This document shows, piece by piece, positions 11,017-21,578 of a stretch of DNA of 64,000 nt (its first letter is position 1; each line of letters starts with the position of its first letter). The stretch is from NCBI GenBank assembly GCA_003707115.1, contig PPNB01000020.1:62001-126000 (forward strand). Direction: 5' to 3'. Source of the DNA: Tortispora ganteri (lineage: Eukaryota). The notes beneath the pieces were generated by a model that was given only the letters and a program-made list of their open reading frames with translations, was not told where the DNA came from and searched no databases. The translations under genes and the position numbers were made by a program.

Positions 11017-11841
11017 TTACAATTTAGGATTGCCCCATTTGGTTCCTCGCTTCTCTTTGAACGCGCGAAGGCCTTCAATCGCGTTTTCAGATCGCTCAAT
11101 ATCCAGCTGCTCAGCTCCTAGGCCTATAGTAGTAGCGCCGGAGACCCCAAGGCCATCCCAGCCGCGCCTGATACCGATGCGGTTTGCTATGAGACTGTCA
11201 GGTGAGCATTCCAGAAGTTCTTTGGCCAGCTCGATTGCTACCTCAACTACATCCTGACCAGGTTTGGCGATGCGATTAACAATACCCCATTCATATGCCT
11301 TTTGTGCATCAATAGGCTTGCCAGTAAGAGCCATCTCAGATGTCCTCTGTAAACCTAGGGTATAAAGGAGTCGCGGAAGCGCACCACCAGCTACATAAAC
11401 ACCTCTAAGTGCTTCAGGTAGCCCAAATTTAGCATGTGATGCAGCAACAACTAAGTCACAATTGGATACCATCTCCATTCCCCCGCCATATGCTATTCCA
11501 TTAACAGCAGCGATGATCGGTTTCTTGCCCGAGCGATTGGCGATACCACCAAACCCGCCATTAGGCATTGGCAGAGCATCTGATTCAGTAGTGGTTCTTT
11601 CAAGGTACTCCTTTAAGTCGGCACCAGCAGAAAAAGCTTTATTCCCCTCACCTGTGATAATAGTCAAGTAGAAATGAGGATCTGCATCAACAGCATTTAG
11701 CAATGTATATAAAGCATGTTGGGCTTTGCCGGTGAGTGAGTTGAATGCTCTTTGTCGAGTGATTGTTAGCAATAACAAATGAGGAATTGGTTCAGACAAC
11801 GTATAATCGCCGTTTTTGCTCTGTGGAAGTGAGTCACACAT
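11017..11841 (-). CDS. Enoyl-CoA hydratase/crotonase (SidH/CaiD-like), probably peroxisomal
   Basis: AFSAGADLKE, KPIIAAVNG.AYGGGMEM, FGLPE, EGLRAFKEKR; ends in PTS1-like PKL. First ATG is at 11841; the ORF track start at 11886 is TTG. Confidence 0.9.
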   Translation of the reverse strand: MCDSLPQSKNGDYTLSEPIPHLLLLTITRQRAFNSLTGKAQHALYTLLNAVDADPHFYLTIITGEGNKAFSAGADLKEYLERTTTESDALPMPNGGFGGIANRSGKKPIIAAVNGIAYGGGMEMVSNCDLVVAASHAKFGLPEALRGVYVAGGALPRLLYTLGLQRTSEMALTGKPIDAQKAYEWGIVNRIAKPGQDVVEVAIELAKELLECSPDSLIANRIGIRRGWDGLGVSGATTIGLGAEQLDIERSENAIEGLRAFKEKRGTKWGNPKL

Positions 11842-11985
11842 TTTGAGAATTAATGCAGTAACACTGACTGTCACTAGAAAGATCAATTTTAGTGTTTCTC
11901 ACACTTCTTATATGGGATAGCCCTCCTTGGTGTGGGGTAAATCGACAAAAGCGAATTAAAAATTAAACTTTAAAGCCATACATAG

Positions 11986-11991
11986 CCTCGG
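11986..11991. promoter_or_regulatory. Candidate FarA/Ctf1 fatty-acid response element CCTCGG
   Basis: CCTCGG lies about 145 nt upstream of the enoyl-CoA hydratase ATG, with a CreA/Mig1-like GTGGGG at about 11932. Confidence 0.45.
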
Positions 11992-12016
11992 GTCGGTATA
12001 ACTGCCGACATCTGCA

Positions 12017-13501
12017 TCAGCTGGTCTTCTCTTTCACTATATCGCGCAATTTTCTCCATATTTTCACCAATTTCATATCTGTATCTTCTTCAAACACCAT
12101 ATTTAATTGGTTTCGTAGTGTCTCCGACGTAGGTTGTGATCGTAGCTGCTCCATTATAAACTCCACAAACTCTGTCTCATCCACGCCAAAATATTCAACA
12201 ACGACCTGAACAATAAACTGGTGAATATCTTTCCACTCAACATCACTTATTTGTTCCCATTCTATAGCCTCACTCAGCACATCTTCGCACTCCTCTGAAA
12301 CTTCAGCATCTACTGGTGCTTCCTCCAATTGTGGTCCAGCCATGCGCTCTTCTCTTTCAGCTAGAATTCTTTTGTCACGTGCCTTTTCTTTCTCTCGAAA
12401 TGCCCTTCGATTGTTATACCAAGATTCGAAGTCAGTGTAATACTGGTCAGTGCCTTTTTCTGCCTCTATGTCATCATCAAATTGACTTAACTTAGCAATT
12501 AACCGCTCAGAAGCAGCTTCTTGTTCTTCTCGATGATGAGATTTTCTGTTCATATAATTTTTATATGACTCTAATCGCGATTTTTCTATGTCCTTATATC
12601 GCAGAAGTCTCTTTTGGAATAGATCTTCTTGTTCTTTCAGTTGCGCAGAAACTATCTCCTGCAAGAGTGTTTCGTCAGACTTGCCGTTTTCTTCATCACT
12701 ACTAAAGCAATACTCTTCAACTTCTTCGTTCACTAAACCACTCGTGTCATTTGTCTTCTTTTCTAACGATGATCTCAATTCAGCATCTATGTTCTCTATT
12801 TCCAACATCTTGGACTTTTCGTGTTCCAATGCGATCTTTCTGAACGTCTGAATCTCTTTGATCACCTGCACCCTTAAAGACGACGGCAGTTCTTTAAATT
12901 CGCGCGAGACTGCTTCAACATTAATATCTGAATCAGCAACTACAGATCTCGATGATGGCGCTGGATCTTGATCATTATTGCTGACAGATCTTAAACATTT
13001 GGTAATCTTTGTACTCAGCTCTAGTATCCGGGACTTATAGGCATTCTGAGCGTTAAACTGCCGTAGTTGATTCAAAGAATTCTGCTGCACAGAAACCTTT
13101 AGTTCAGTCAGTTTCAAAGCTTCGTATGCTGTATACAAAGAGACGTCGTTTTTGCACACAACGATGATCCATCCAAACCACTTACCTCCTCGGGATTTTC
13201 CAGGAGCGTAACCCTCTACATTCAATAGCGATACAAGGGTCTCTATGTTTTCTGTGCTTAAATTACCCGGAATCCCATAGATAAATATAGATCTAAGCTG
13301 CTGCTCTTTTGAAAATGGTCCAGAAAGGATTAGCGTGTGACCGCTCATATTTTCTTCACCTGTGTCTCTCTTGCTAACACTTTTCTCCAGTAAACTGCTA
13401 TCCGACACATCATTAGATTCAGAGATTTCACTGCTTCTTATAGGTGCTGATGATCTTATTCTAGATGGTGTGGATCTTATTCCTGGAGAGTGTCTATTCA
13501 T
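12017..13501 (-). CDS. SNU71: U1 snRNP-associated Snu71/RBM25-like protein (RRM-like N-terminus, charged middle, C-terminal PWI)
   Basis: PWI-like C-terminus FIVQVVVEYFGVDETEFVEFIMEQL...LVKIWRKL; FDDDIEAEKG..YY.D...W...R...R..E...D segment typical of the family. Confidence 0.8.
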   Translation of the reverse strand: MNRHSPGIRSTPSRIRSSAPIRSSEISESNDVSDSSLLEKSVSKRDTGEENMSGHTLILSGPFSKEQQLRSIFIYGIPGNLSTENIETLVSLLNVEGYAPGKSRGGKWFGWIIVVCKNDVSLYTAYEALKLTELKVSVQQNSLNQLRQFNAQNAYKSRILELSTKITKCLRSVSNNDQDPAPSSRSVVADSDINVEAVSREFKELPSSLRVQVIKEIQTFRKIALEHEKSKMLEIENIDAELRSSLEKKTNDTSGLVNEEVEEYCFSSDEENGKSDETLLQEIVSAQLKEQEDLFQKRLLRYKDIEKSRLESYKNYMNRKSHHREEQEAASERLIAKLSQFDDDIEAEKGTDQYYTDFESWYNNRRAFREKEKARDKRILAEREERMAGPQLEEAPVDAEVSEECEDVLSEAIEWEQISDVEWKDIHQFIVQVVVEYFGVDETEFVEFIMEQLRSQPTSETLRNQLNMVFEEDTDMKLVKIWRKLRDIVKEKTS

Positions 13502-14001
13502 TTCAATCGATGTACAAGTCCTAGAACTAGAAGAGTGAAACTTTATATACGTTTAAGGTTTAAAATGAGTTCTCATACTGCATTTCCACTCGCCTGTATG
13601 TTCAGCTAAAGCTGTCAGGTTAAGTAATATGGTATAAATTATACAAGGGGTTGATTTGGATACATGCATTTAGATCAATATCGCTTTACTATAATTGCAG
13701 AACCCGAGAAAAGTTTCCTCTAATGGAGTAGTTTAACACCTATCAATAGCACTCAGCTTACGCCGTCTATACTTCATGTAAACTTACCTGACACTTGAAA
13801 CCTACAAGTTATGTAGATTTATTATATCAATGCGAATAGGTATGCCGTATTATTTGACTATATCATAGACATGGTGTACAAGATAAGAAAGCGCAAAGTC
13901 ATACATAGCTTTCAGGCACAAGGTTAGGGTTTAAACGAATACTGTGAGAAAAACTGGGATTTCGTCAAAAGCAACTGTACTATTTATTCATTTAACGGCA
14001 T

Positions 14002-14568
14002 ATGTTGCGATTATTCAAGAGTAGTGTGGCTGCATCGGGTCTGAGAGTCGGAAAAGAACAGTTTCGAATGCCTATGCGCAGTTTTGCGTGCACTTCGCTA
14101 GCAAGGAACAGCAATGATGACAATGTTAAGAAGGAAAACTCCATGGAGAAGTATTTTGACTCACTACTGAAGGAGTCTACAGATCGTTCTACACCGCGAC
14201 GCAGTACATGGGAAGGTAGTTACTGGCGAGGTCAGTCTGCTGCCGGAAGAGGATATTCGTTTGCACGCAAAGAGAATGATGCTATATTTCCCTATGGTCT
14301 CAGTGAAAACGAGACATGGGCAGGGAAAGTAGTCACTACTACTCGAGATGCTACCACCGGGGTAAACGATATTAACCCTGCGTTACGTAAATTACAAGCT
14401 ATGACACGAGAAATAAATGTTGCTCGAACGTCGGCGCTTCAGAAGTTCCATGAAAAGCCAAAGAATACCAGAAAAAGAATCCGAATGACGAGAAGAAACA
14501 ATGCATTCAAGAGAGAACTGCAGAAGATGCTTTTTACTGTACAAAAAGCTACTGAACGTGGCTTTTAA
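14002..14568 (+). CDS. MRP21: Mitochondrial ribosomal protein bS21m
   Basis: Mitochondrial presequence; C-terminal S21-like segment ALRKLQAM...KFHEKPKNTRKRIR..RR..AFK...RGF. Confidence 0.8.
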   Translation: MLRLFKSSVAASGLRVGKEQFRMPMRSFACTSLARNSNDDNVKKENSMEKYFDSLLKESTDRSTPRRSTWEGSYWRGQSAAGRGYSFARKENDAIFPYGLSENETWAGKVVTTTRDATTGVNDINPALRKLQAMTREINVARTSALQKFHEKPKNTRKRIRMTRRNNAFKRELQKMLFTVQKATERGF

Positions 14569-15450
14569 TTGTATATAAAATGGTTGATTGTCTGACTGTA
14601 CTAAGTCTAGATTTAGCAACTTCTCTTCATTTTGAGCTATGACATCGAACATATATTACATTATTCAGAACCTAGGTACTTCTTCTATCACTTATGTGGT
14701 ATGCAATATGCCATATTTACGTCATTGATACAGACAAATATCTTTATTTGTTTTATTCCCCGTTCTTAACGGCTTTTTACAAACTCTTTCCTGAATGTTA
14801 TGAATGTGTTGTTTAAACTCCCTACCGATGGCAGAGTTTTTTGGTTCGTCACTCCAATGCCTGCCAGTTGGCACTTTATTATTGAGATTCCTGGATTTCA
14901 TCAGTTTGAAATAATGCTGTTTTTATTTCTCCCTTATCACTTTCTTAGCTAAGCTGCAGGGTGCAGTAAGAGCCATCCCTTTGCGGTGATGGGAACGCAT
15001 TAAGACGTGAAGATCTTGACCCACCAAACATGTTAATTTCGTGGCATAACAATGCTAATATCAATCTAAATGCACCAAACGACAATGCAGATAGATGATT
15101 TCTATTACATTCTATTGTGTGGATGCCACACTCCTCAGTTGCCAATTTTGATAGTTTTACTACATTGGGTTGGGTGACATGTTCAGCAAAGCCTCATTGC
15201 GGTGTCTGTCGCTGTCATAAACGACACAATATGACATTTCATAAGATTAATATGCGTTTGAATACCTTTTATATCTGCTATGCTATTTATTACGTACAAG
15301 TACGCGATGCATGCAGTTAGTCCCATGTGCATGCATACCTTGGTGAACCCCTCTAGGTAACCACTTAACTACACTCCTCGGTGCACCCAAGGTACACCCC
15401 CAGCACTTCCCTTTGCATATTCTCTAACCACCTATAGACGCGTTTCAGCG

Positions 15451-18207
15451 ATGGATAGATTCAGTAGAAGGACGTTGCTGGTTGTTGGATTGCTTTTCCA
15501 TTTAGTGTACCTATGGTCGATTTTCGACATATATTTTGTGAGTCCATTGGTTCATGGAATGGTCCATCATAAAAGCAGCGACGGCCCGGCCAATAGACTT
15601 GTGCTCTTTGTTGGCGATGGCCTGCGCGCTGACAAGACATTCCTGTCGCTTCCGGATCCCGATGGCTCCGAGAATGTATATCTTGCTCCTTTCCTACGCG
15701 ATATAGTGCTCAACTTAGGCACATTCGGCGTGTCGCATACGCGTATGCCTACTGAATCAAGACCGGGCCATGTTGCCTTGATAGCTGGATTCTACGAAGA
15801 CGTATCGGCTGTCACAAAAGGCTGGAAAGAAAATCCAGTTGATTTTGATTCTGTATTTAACCAATCGTCGCATACCTGGTCATGGGGCTCACCTGATATT
15901 CTACCCATGTTTGCATCTGGCGCTGTTCCAGGCCGCGTAGACACCTACACGTACGACTCAGACTTCGAGGATTTCACCAAAAGTACCCTAGAACTTGATG
16001 CGTTTGTGTTTGACCGTGTGGAGGCTCTATTTGACGAAGCCAAATCAAATGCCACGCTTGCCGCGCAAATGCGCAAACCAGGCGTGGTCTTCTTTTTGCA
16101 CCTGCTAGGCCTCGATACCGCTGGACATGGTAAACGCCCTTATTCCCCGGAGTACTACAGGAATATTCAGTTTGTGGATGCAGGAGTGAAGAAAATTTAC
16201 AACATAGTAGAAAATTTCTACAATGATGGCAAAACTGCTTATGTCTTCACTGCAGATCACGGAATGAGCGACTGGGGATCTCATGGAGATGGCCATCCTG
16301 ACAATACTCGAACTCCCCTCATTTCTTGGGGAGCTGGTGTCGCTAAGCCCAAACTCGGTAAACAGGGCCATGATGAATACTCGAAGGATTGGAATCTGCC
16401 TGTACAACGACACGATGTCGCTCAAGCAGATATTGCTGCTTTAATGGCGTATTTAGTTGGTCTTAACTATCCAGCTAACTCGGTTGGTACTTTACCTCTT
16501 GACTACATAGATACTGATAAAAAATCTGCATGCAATTCACTATTAGCGAATGCCGAAGAGATTCTGGAACAGTATATTATAAAAGAGAGAGCCGTGATAG
16601 CTTCTCAGTTTCGATTTACACCTTTTGCGCCATTATCAGACTTGAATAATCATACCCTGCGACTCTCATATATAAAAGAACTTATTTCAGAACAACAGTA
16701 TGACGATGCTCTAAAGAACACTTCTGAACTCATACAACTATCTTTCGAAGGGTTGAACTACTTACAAAAATACAATTGGTCTTTTCTACGATCCATTGTA
16801 ACAATCGGCTTCCTAGGTTGGATGGCATATGCATTCTCTTCTGTCATTATTATATTTGTTCTCCCGTACTCAGAAAAACCTGCTGGAGTTTCTATACCTG
16901 TGCGATTCTCCGCTCTGGCACTCTTTTCATCTATGTGCTATGTGTTATGGTACCAGAACTCGCCAGTAATGTATTATCTATACGCATTTTTTCCGTTTTA
17001 TTTCATTTCGTCGGTTGTCGAAAGAGCTGCAGATATTCGGAAAGGATTGTTGTTGTTTGCTGAATCAAAATCTGTATTTGGGGCTGTTCTTACCGTTCTG
17101 AAGTATCTTGTTCCTACCTTAATAATGTCTGAAGGTACGGTGCTAGGGTACTTCAATCGTGAATGGTTTTCTGTTGGCGTGTTACTACTTGGTTTTTGGC
17201 CTTATATTCATAATTTCAGCTACTGTAAAGCCAACTTGAAGCTTGTTGGTGCATGGACTTTATTGGCTGCGATTTTGAGCATTTTCACTCTGCTACCTGC
17301 TAACAAAGTGGATGAACCGAACCAAATACTTGCTGGAGGTATTTTAATGGCTCTTGTTGGGATTGTTGGCTCTTTGTATGTTTTAAGACAGGCGAATACG
17401 AATCCAACAATATACACCAGATTACTAATGACCTTGCAACTTATTCTGGTTGGTGTTTCGTTGGTTGTGACCTTATCAACTGTCGAGGATCTGAAAAACA
17501 ACGTAGGGTTACAGGTTACGAAGCAAACGATTGCATGGATTTGTTTAGTGATGTCTATATTGCTGCCATTTGGATACAAATATGATAAAAAACATACTGA
17601 AACTTATGCCTTTTGCGAGATTATTTTGTTTTTGTCGTATTCTCCGGCATTTATCATATTAACAATCTCTTATGAAGGACTTTTTTATGTTACTTACTTT
17701 CTGGCATTAATTTTGTGGATTGAAGTGTCTCTTGGAATATATACTGCGCCGAACACCAAAAAACCCCATGAGAAATTGCCATTAAGTATATTCTTTTTGG
17801 CGTCTGCTGCATTTTTCTTTGCGCAACTTGCCTTTTTTGGTACAGGTAATATTGCATCAATATCTTCATTTTCTTTAGATTCAGTGACACGACTTTTACC
17901 TGTTTTTGATCCATTTCCTATGGGTGCTCTACTTATTTTCAAGATTCTTTGTCCATTTGTTATTGTGTCAGCTAGCTTAAGCATTCTCAACCACAAGCTG
18001 TTACTTCCTACTTCTACGATTTTTACAATTGTTATATCTGTGTCTGACATTGTTACGCTTAATTTTTTCTATCTCGTGAAAGACGAAGGAAGTTGGCTCG
18101 ACATTGGCCAAAGTATCAGTAATTACAGTATAGCTTGTTGCATATGCGCCTTTGTAATGCTACTTGAATACATAGGCAACTCAGTTGTTCGCGGGATAGA
18201 GAACTAA
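15451..18207 (+). CDS. MCD4: GPI ethanolamine phosphate transferase 1 (PIG-N)
   Basis: SIFDIYFVSPLVHGM, GDGLRADK, PTESRPGHVALIAGFYED, TADHGMSDWGSHGDG, many TMs, VKDEGSWLDIG. Confidence 0.97.
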   Translation: MDRFSRRTLLVVGLLFHLVYLWSIFDIYFVSPLVHGMVHHKSSDGPANRLVLFVGDGLRADKTFLSLPDPDGSENVYLAPFLRDIVLNLGTFGVSHTRMPTESRPGHVALIAGFYEDVSAVTKGWKENPVDFDSVFNQSSHTWSWGSPDILPMFASGAVPGRVDTYTYDSDFEDFTKSTLELDAFVFDRVEALFDEAKSNATLAAQMRKPGVVFFLHLLGLDTAGHGKRPYSPEYYRNIQFVDAGVKKIYNIVENFYNDGKTAYVFTADHGMSDWGSHGDGHPDNTRTPLISWGAGVAKPKLGKQGHDEYSKDWNLPVQRHDVAQADIAALMAYLVGLNYPANSVGTLPLDYIDTDKKSACNSLLANAEEILEQYIIKERAVIASQFRFTPFAPLSDLNNHTLRLSYIKELISEQQYDDALKNTSELIQLSFEGLNYLQKYNWSFLRSIVTIGFLGWMAYAFSSVIIIFVLPYSEKPAGVSIPVRFSALALFSSMCYVLWYQNSPVMYYLYAFFPFYFISSVVERAADIRKGLLLFAESKSVFGAVLTVLKYLVPTLIMSEGTVLGYFNREWFSVGVLLLGFWPYIHNFSYCKANLKLVGAWTLLAAILSIFTLLPANKVDEPNQILAGGILMALVGIVGSLYVLRQANTNPTIYTRLLMTLQLILVGVSLVVTLSTVEDLKNNVGLQVTKQTIAWICLVMSILLPFGYKYDKKHTETYAFCEIILFLSYSPAFIILTISYEGLFYVTYFLALILWIEVSLGIYTAPNTKKPHEKLPLSIFFLASAAFFFAQLAFFGTGNIASISSFSLDSVTRLLPVFDPFPMGALLIFKILCPFVIVSASLSILNHKLLLPTSTIFTIVISVSDIVTLNFFYLVKDEGSWLDIGQSISNYSIACCICAFVMLLEYIGNSVVRGIEN

Positions 18208-18656
18208 TTGCTGAATAAGAAAAGTATTTTATTGCACCTGTCAACTTTAGATTTATGCCTGTAACGTTTTTAAAGCGATTACTACAATGCACATGATTAA
18301 CCGCAGCGACACACGTTGTTGCTAAGGAGGATCTTTAATTTAACCAATGGGAACGTATGCCTTCCAACTGTCATTCATGAATTGTTAGCCTCCCCCCGCA
18401 TCTTTTATAGTGATCTTCTTGAGTAAGCCACAACATTACTGTCCCATAACAAAGGATCTCTAAGCTCGAGGAAATTTTGGGATTTCTATATCGGTATATT
18501 GTTAAATTAATTTAGTTTGGTTTTGAACTGAAGGAAATTCTTCAAATATCTTAAACTTTAGGCGAAGACTGATTGATACAATTTCTGTGCTACCACTTGC
18601 CGTTTCCGGTTCACATTGGTTTTATTGCCGTATATTGATCTTTAAATTCCTTTAAT

Positions 18657-21320
18657 ATGGCTAAAAAGAATGCACCTGAACCTGTTGTTAAAGGCGCTAA
18701 ACGGTTTCGACGTGCTCGTGCTTCTCGAGCTTGTGAAGTTTGCCATTCACGAAAAGTGCGCTGCGATGTCACTTCAAGGATGCCCTGCACGAACTGCGTC
18801 GCATTTAATTGCGAATGCAAATTGCCGAAAAGAAACCGCAGAAATGGCGGAGGAGATAGTCCTATTTCAATTGCTTCTCCTGTAGTTCATCCGGCACCAA
18901 CGCAGCCTGTGGTCACAAACGGAGGTCTGCAACCGTTTATCGAAACTGCACAGACCCATTCCTATACTACGTCGAGTGAAAATGCGTGGACAAAACCAAA
19001 AATATCTGGACCTGAGGCTAAAGGAATGCTGCCTGGTGCTCGGGATCATGCAGATGCTTATTCTAATAGCCCAAAAGGTCGCAACAGCCAGTTTATATTT
19101 TATGGGCCATCACACATTGTGCCTCGTCTTCTCGGTGACTCCGAACAAGGCGAGGTCCAGGTAGTGACGAATTCTGAATATATGAACTCGTCACGAGATA
19201 TAGACTCCGAAGATTTCGAGGTGTTGAAGCTTAAAGGCGCTTTTCTAATCCCTCCGAAAGAAGTCTGCGACGATCTTGTGGAGAGTTATTTCAAGTGGGT
19301 CCATCCCATTATCCCGCTGATAAATCGTAATGATTTTATGCGCAAGTATAGTGATCCTCAAGACCCACCTTCTTTGTTGTTGTTGCAATGTATGTTTCTG
19401 GCTGCCTCAAAAGTTTGCAAGAACCCTGCATTACTCGATTCAGATGGTTCCATTAACCTTGCATGTCTCACTTTCTATAAGCGTGCAAAATCTTTATACG
19501 ATTCGAATTATGAAACTGATAGAGTGACAATAGTGCAATCTTTGGGTGTTTTAGGCTGGTGGTACGAAGGACCGGAGGATATAATTAAAAGTTCTGCATA
19601 TTGGACGAGGGTTGCAATCCTTGTCGCGCAGGGTATGGGAATGCACAGGAACAATGATGACAACCCGCATTTATGCCTCCAAGAGAAAAGACTGTGGAAG
19701 CGTATTTGGTGGTCATTATTTTATAGGGATCGAAATATAGCTGTTGCACTTGGACGACCACTAGTTATTAACACGCAAGACATGGACGTCAAAATGATTA
19801 CAGAGGATGATTTTATTGAAGATGAGCCCGATAGACCTTCATTATATCCTACAGACGTGCATAGAATTCGATACTTTATTCATAGTTTGAAACTTTCGGA
19901 AATAATGGGAATTATACTGACTCAGCAATACACCGCGTCAGCACAGTCCAAGTCTATTGACGTTAAAAGTGTGGCCTATTCTGATGTTGCACTATCGATA
20001 TGGAGGAAGAATCTTCCAGATGAGTTAAAGTATCATCCTAGAATGAAGAGATCACAAAAGTTTTTCAATTCACTCTTATATTTGCAATATTACACTGCTG
20101 TTTGTCTTGCTCATCAGCTGCACTTGGTGAAAGAGATTAAACTGCCAGACGGGCGGTCTGGATACCCATCACGAAGAATTGCGTTCCAGGCTTCTCACAT
20201 GATAGCTCGTATATGTGGAAATCTTCTTTCCGTATCTGAAGTGAAGAATATGCATGTCTTTTATGTATATGTCGTGTTTACGGCCATTATTCTGCTTCTC
20301 TATCAGACAAAAAGTCAGAATAGGCTGTTAGCACAGAACGCTCAAAGATCGTTGGATGTTTGCATGAAGTTTATGGACGTTCTAGGAGAGACATGGCTTG
20401 CTGCTAGAATGAGCATTCGCGTGGTGAATTATGTGCGCAACAGTCCGAGGATGATTGCTAGATTTATTGCGACTATGAGTCAATCTGATCCAGTGAGGTT
20501 TACCAGATACGGATTTACTGGAGGTGATGAGAATGTTCCTAAAAGCGTAGGACATACTGGATCCATTGATGAAACGAATAAAAGTGCTGAAAACACTAGG
20601 TTTGGCGAAGAGAGCAGATCAATTAGTTATGGACTTTCACCTGGAGGGACTCGGACACCGTTTTTATTGTCTGGACCAGGAAGTCCACGGGATTGGGTGA
20701 ACAATATTAATTTTTACACGGAGCCGGAGAGAGATTTAATGTCGTCTATAGATGTGTTTGAACCTTCACAGCTGTTTACAGAGGATACATTAGATGAATT
20801 GCCTGTGGATCATACAATATCTACGGCAGGTGCGATTCCACCGCCAGATGAAGATACTGGTTTAGTTCGGGCAGTAATTCCCGGTTCTCCTGGAGGCGAT
20901 TCCTTGCCGAACTGGGTTGGAAACACGGAGTATGAGAAGGGTGGTGAAGGAGATGCTAGTGTGGCTCCGAGCACTACATCGTCAACTTTGGACGATTCGA
21001 TCGGACGGATTGGCAATGCGGAGCTATGGAATAACTCAGAGTTTGTGGCAGAGTATGCATCAGAGCTAATTCCACTGTTTGGATACATGCAAGGACAGAA
21101 TGATTATATGGTAAATAAAGATAATCATGAATTTGCACCGGTGAATAACTGGACGGAAACCGGATCAAATGGATCCAAAAATAATAGCCATCTGGGAGAC
21201 TCACCTACGAACATGATGTCTCACAACGGTATGACACCGGCGATGATGCAAGTGAACGAATGGTACGATTATGTGCTGCGTAAAGAGGATGACTTAGCTC
21301 ATACTGTTAATATGAGTTAA
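18657..21320 (+). CDS. CTF1: Zn2Cys6 transcription factor, cutinase TF1-alpha/FarA/Por1 type
   Basis: RASRACEVCHSRKVRCD...PCTNCVAFNCECKLP, plus fungal TF middle homology region (FYKRAKSLYDSNYETDRVTIVQSL...GWWYEGPED, KRLWKRIWWSLF.RDR). Confidence 0.88.
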   Translation: MAKKNAPEPVVKGAKRFRRARASRACEVCHSRKVRCDVTSRMPCTNCVAFNCECKLPKRNRRNGGGDSPISIASPVVHPAPTQPVVTNGGLQPFIETAQTHSYTTSSENAWTKPKISGPEAKGMLPGARDHADAYSNSPKGRNSQFIFYGPSHIVPRLLGDSEQGEVQVVTNSEYMNSSRDIDSEDFEVLKLKGAFLIPPKEVCDDLVESYFKWVHPIIPLINRNDFMRKYSDPQDPPSLLLLQCMFLAASKVCKNPALLDSDGSINLACLTFYKRAKSLYDSNYETDRVTIVQSLGVLGWWYEGPEDIIKSSAYWTRVAILVAQGMGMHRNNDDNPHLCLQEKRLWKRIWWSLFYRDRNIAVALGRPLVINTQDMDVKMITEDDFIEDEPDRPSLYPTDVHRIRYFIHSLKLSEIMGIILTQQYTASAQSKSIDVKSVAYSDVALSIWRKNLPDELKYHPRMKRSQKFFNSLLYLQYYTAVCLAHQLHLVKEIKLPDGRSGYPSRRIAFQASHMIARICGNLLSVSEVKNMHVFYVYVVFTAIILLLYQTKSQNRLLAQNAQRSLDVCMKFMDVLGETWLAARMSIRVVNYVRNSPRMIARFIATMSQSDPVRFTRYGFTGGDENVPKSVGHTGSIDETNKSAENTRFGEESRSISYGLSPGGTRTPFLLSGPGSPRDWVNNINFYTEPERDLMSSIDVFEPSQLFTEDTLDELPVDHTISTAGAIPPPDEDTGLVRAVIPGSPGGDSLPNWVGNTEYEKGGEGDASVAPSTTSSTLDDSIGRIGNAELWNNSEFVAEYASELIPLFGYMQGQNDYMVNKDNHEFAPVNNWTETGSNGSKNNSHLGDSPTNMMSHNGMTPAMMQVNEWYDYVLRKEDDLAHTVNMS

Positions 21321-21578
21321 GTTTTATATTTTTATTTATTTGTGCTTGTATATTATGGAATTTTTTTTTATCATAATATAGTGCATTGTATGAGCTAATT
21401 GTAGGCACTTTCCGGATTGGGTGATAAAGGACGAGCCACTTTACTTCTGCAAACCTGGAACACACAGTTGTACGCCCGAATTTGAACTGACATTGACCAG
21501 TTCCAAAGCAGCTGGCTGAGAGACATATATATATAGTGAACTGTTGCTTTTGACTCGGTTATATATGAATAGAGCGCT

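Noticed and set aside
13780..13792. ACTTACCTG resembling the U1 snRNA 5' end
   Set aside because: No U1 stem-loops or Sm site could be found downstream; it is better read as a minus-strand splice donor or chance.
14569..15450. 880-nt intergenic stretch as a possible ncRNA or pseudogene
   Set aside because: Only short ORFs without motifs, and no convincing snoRNA boxes or structure by eye. An Infernal/Rfam scan would be needed.
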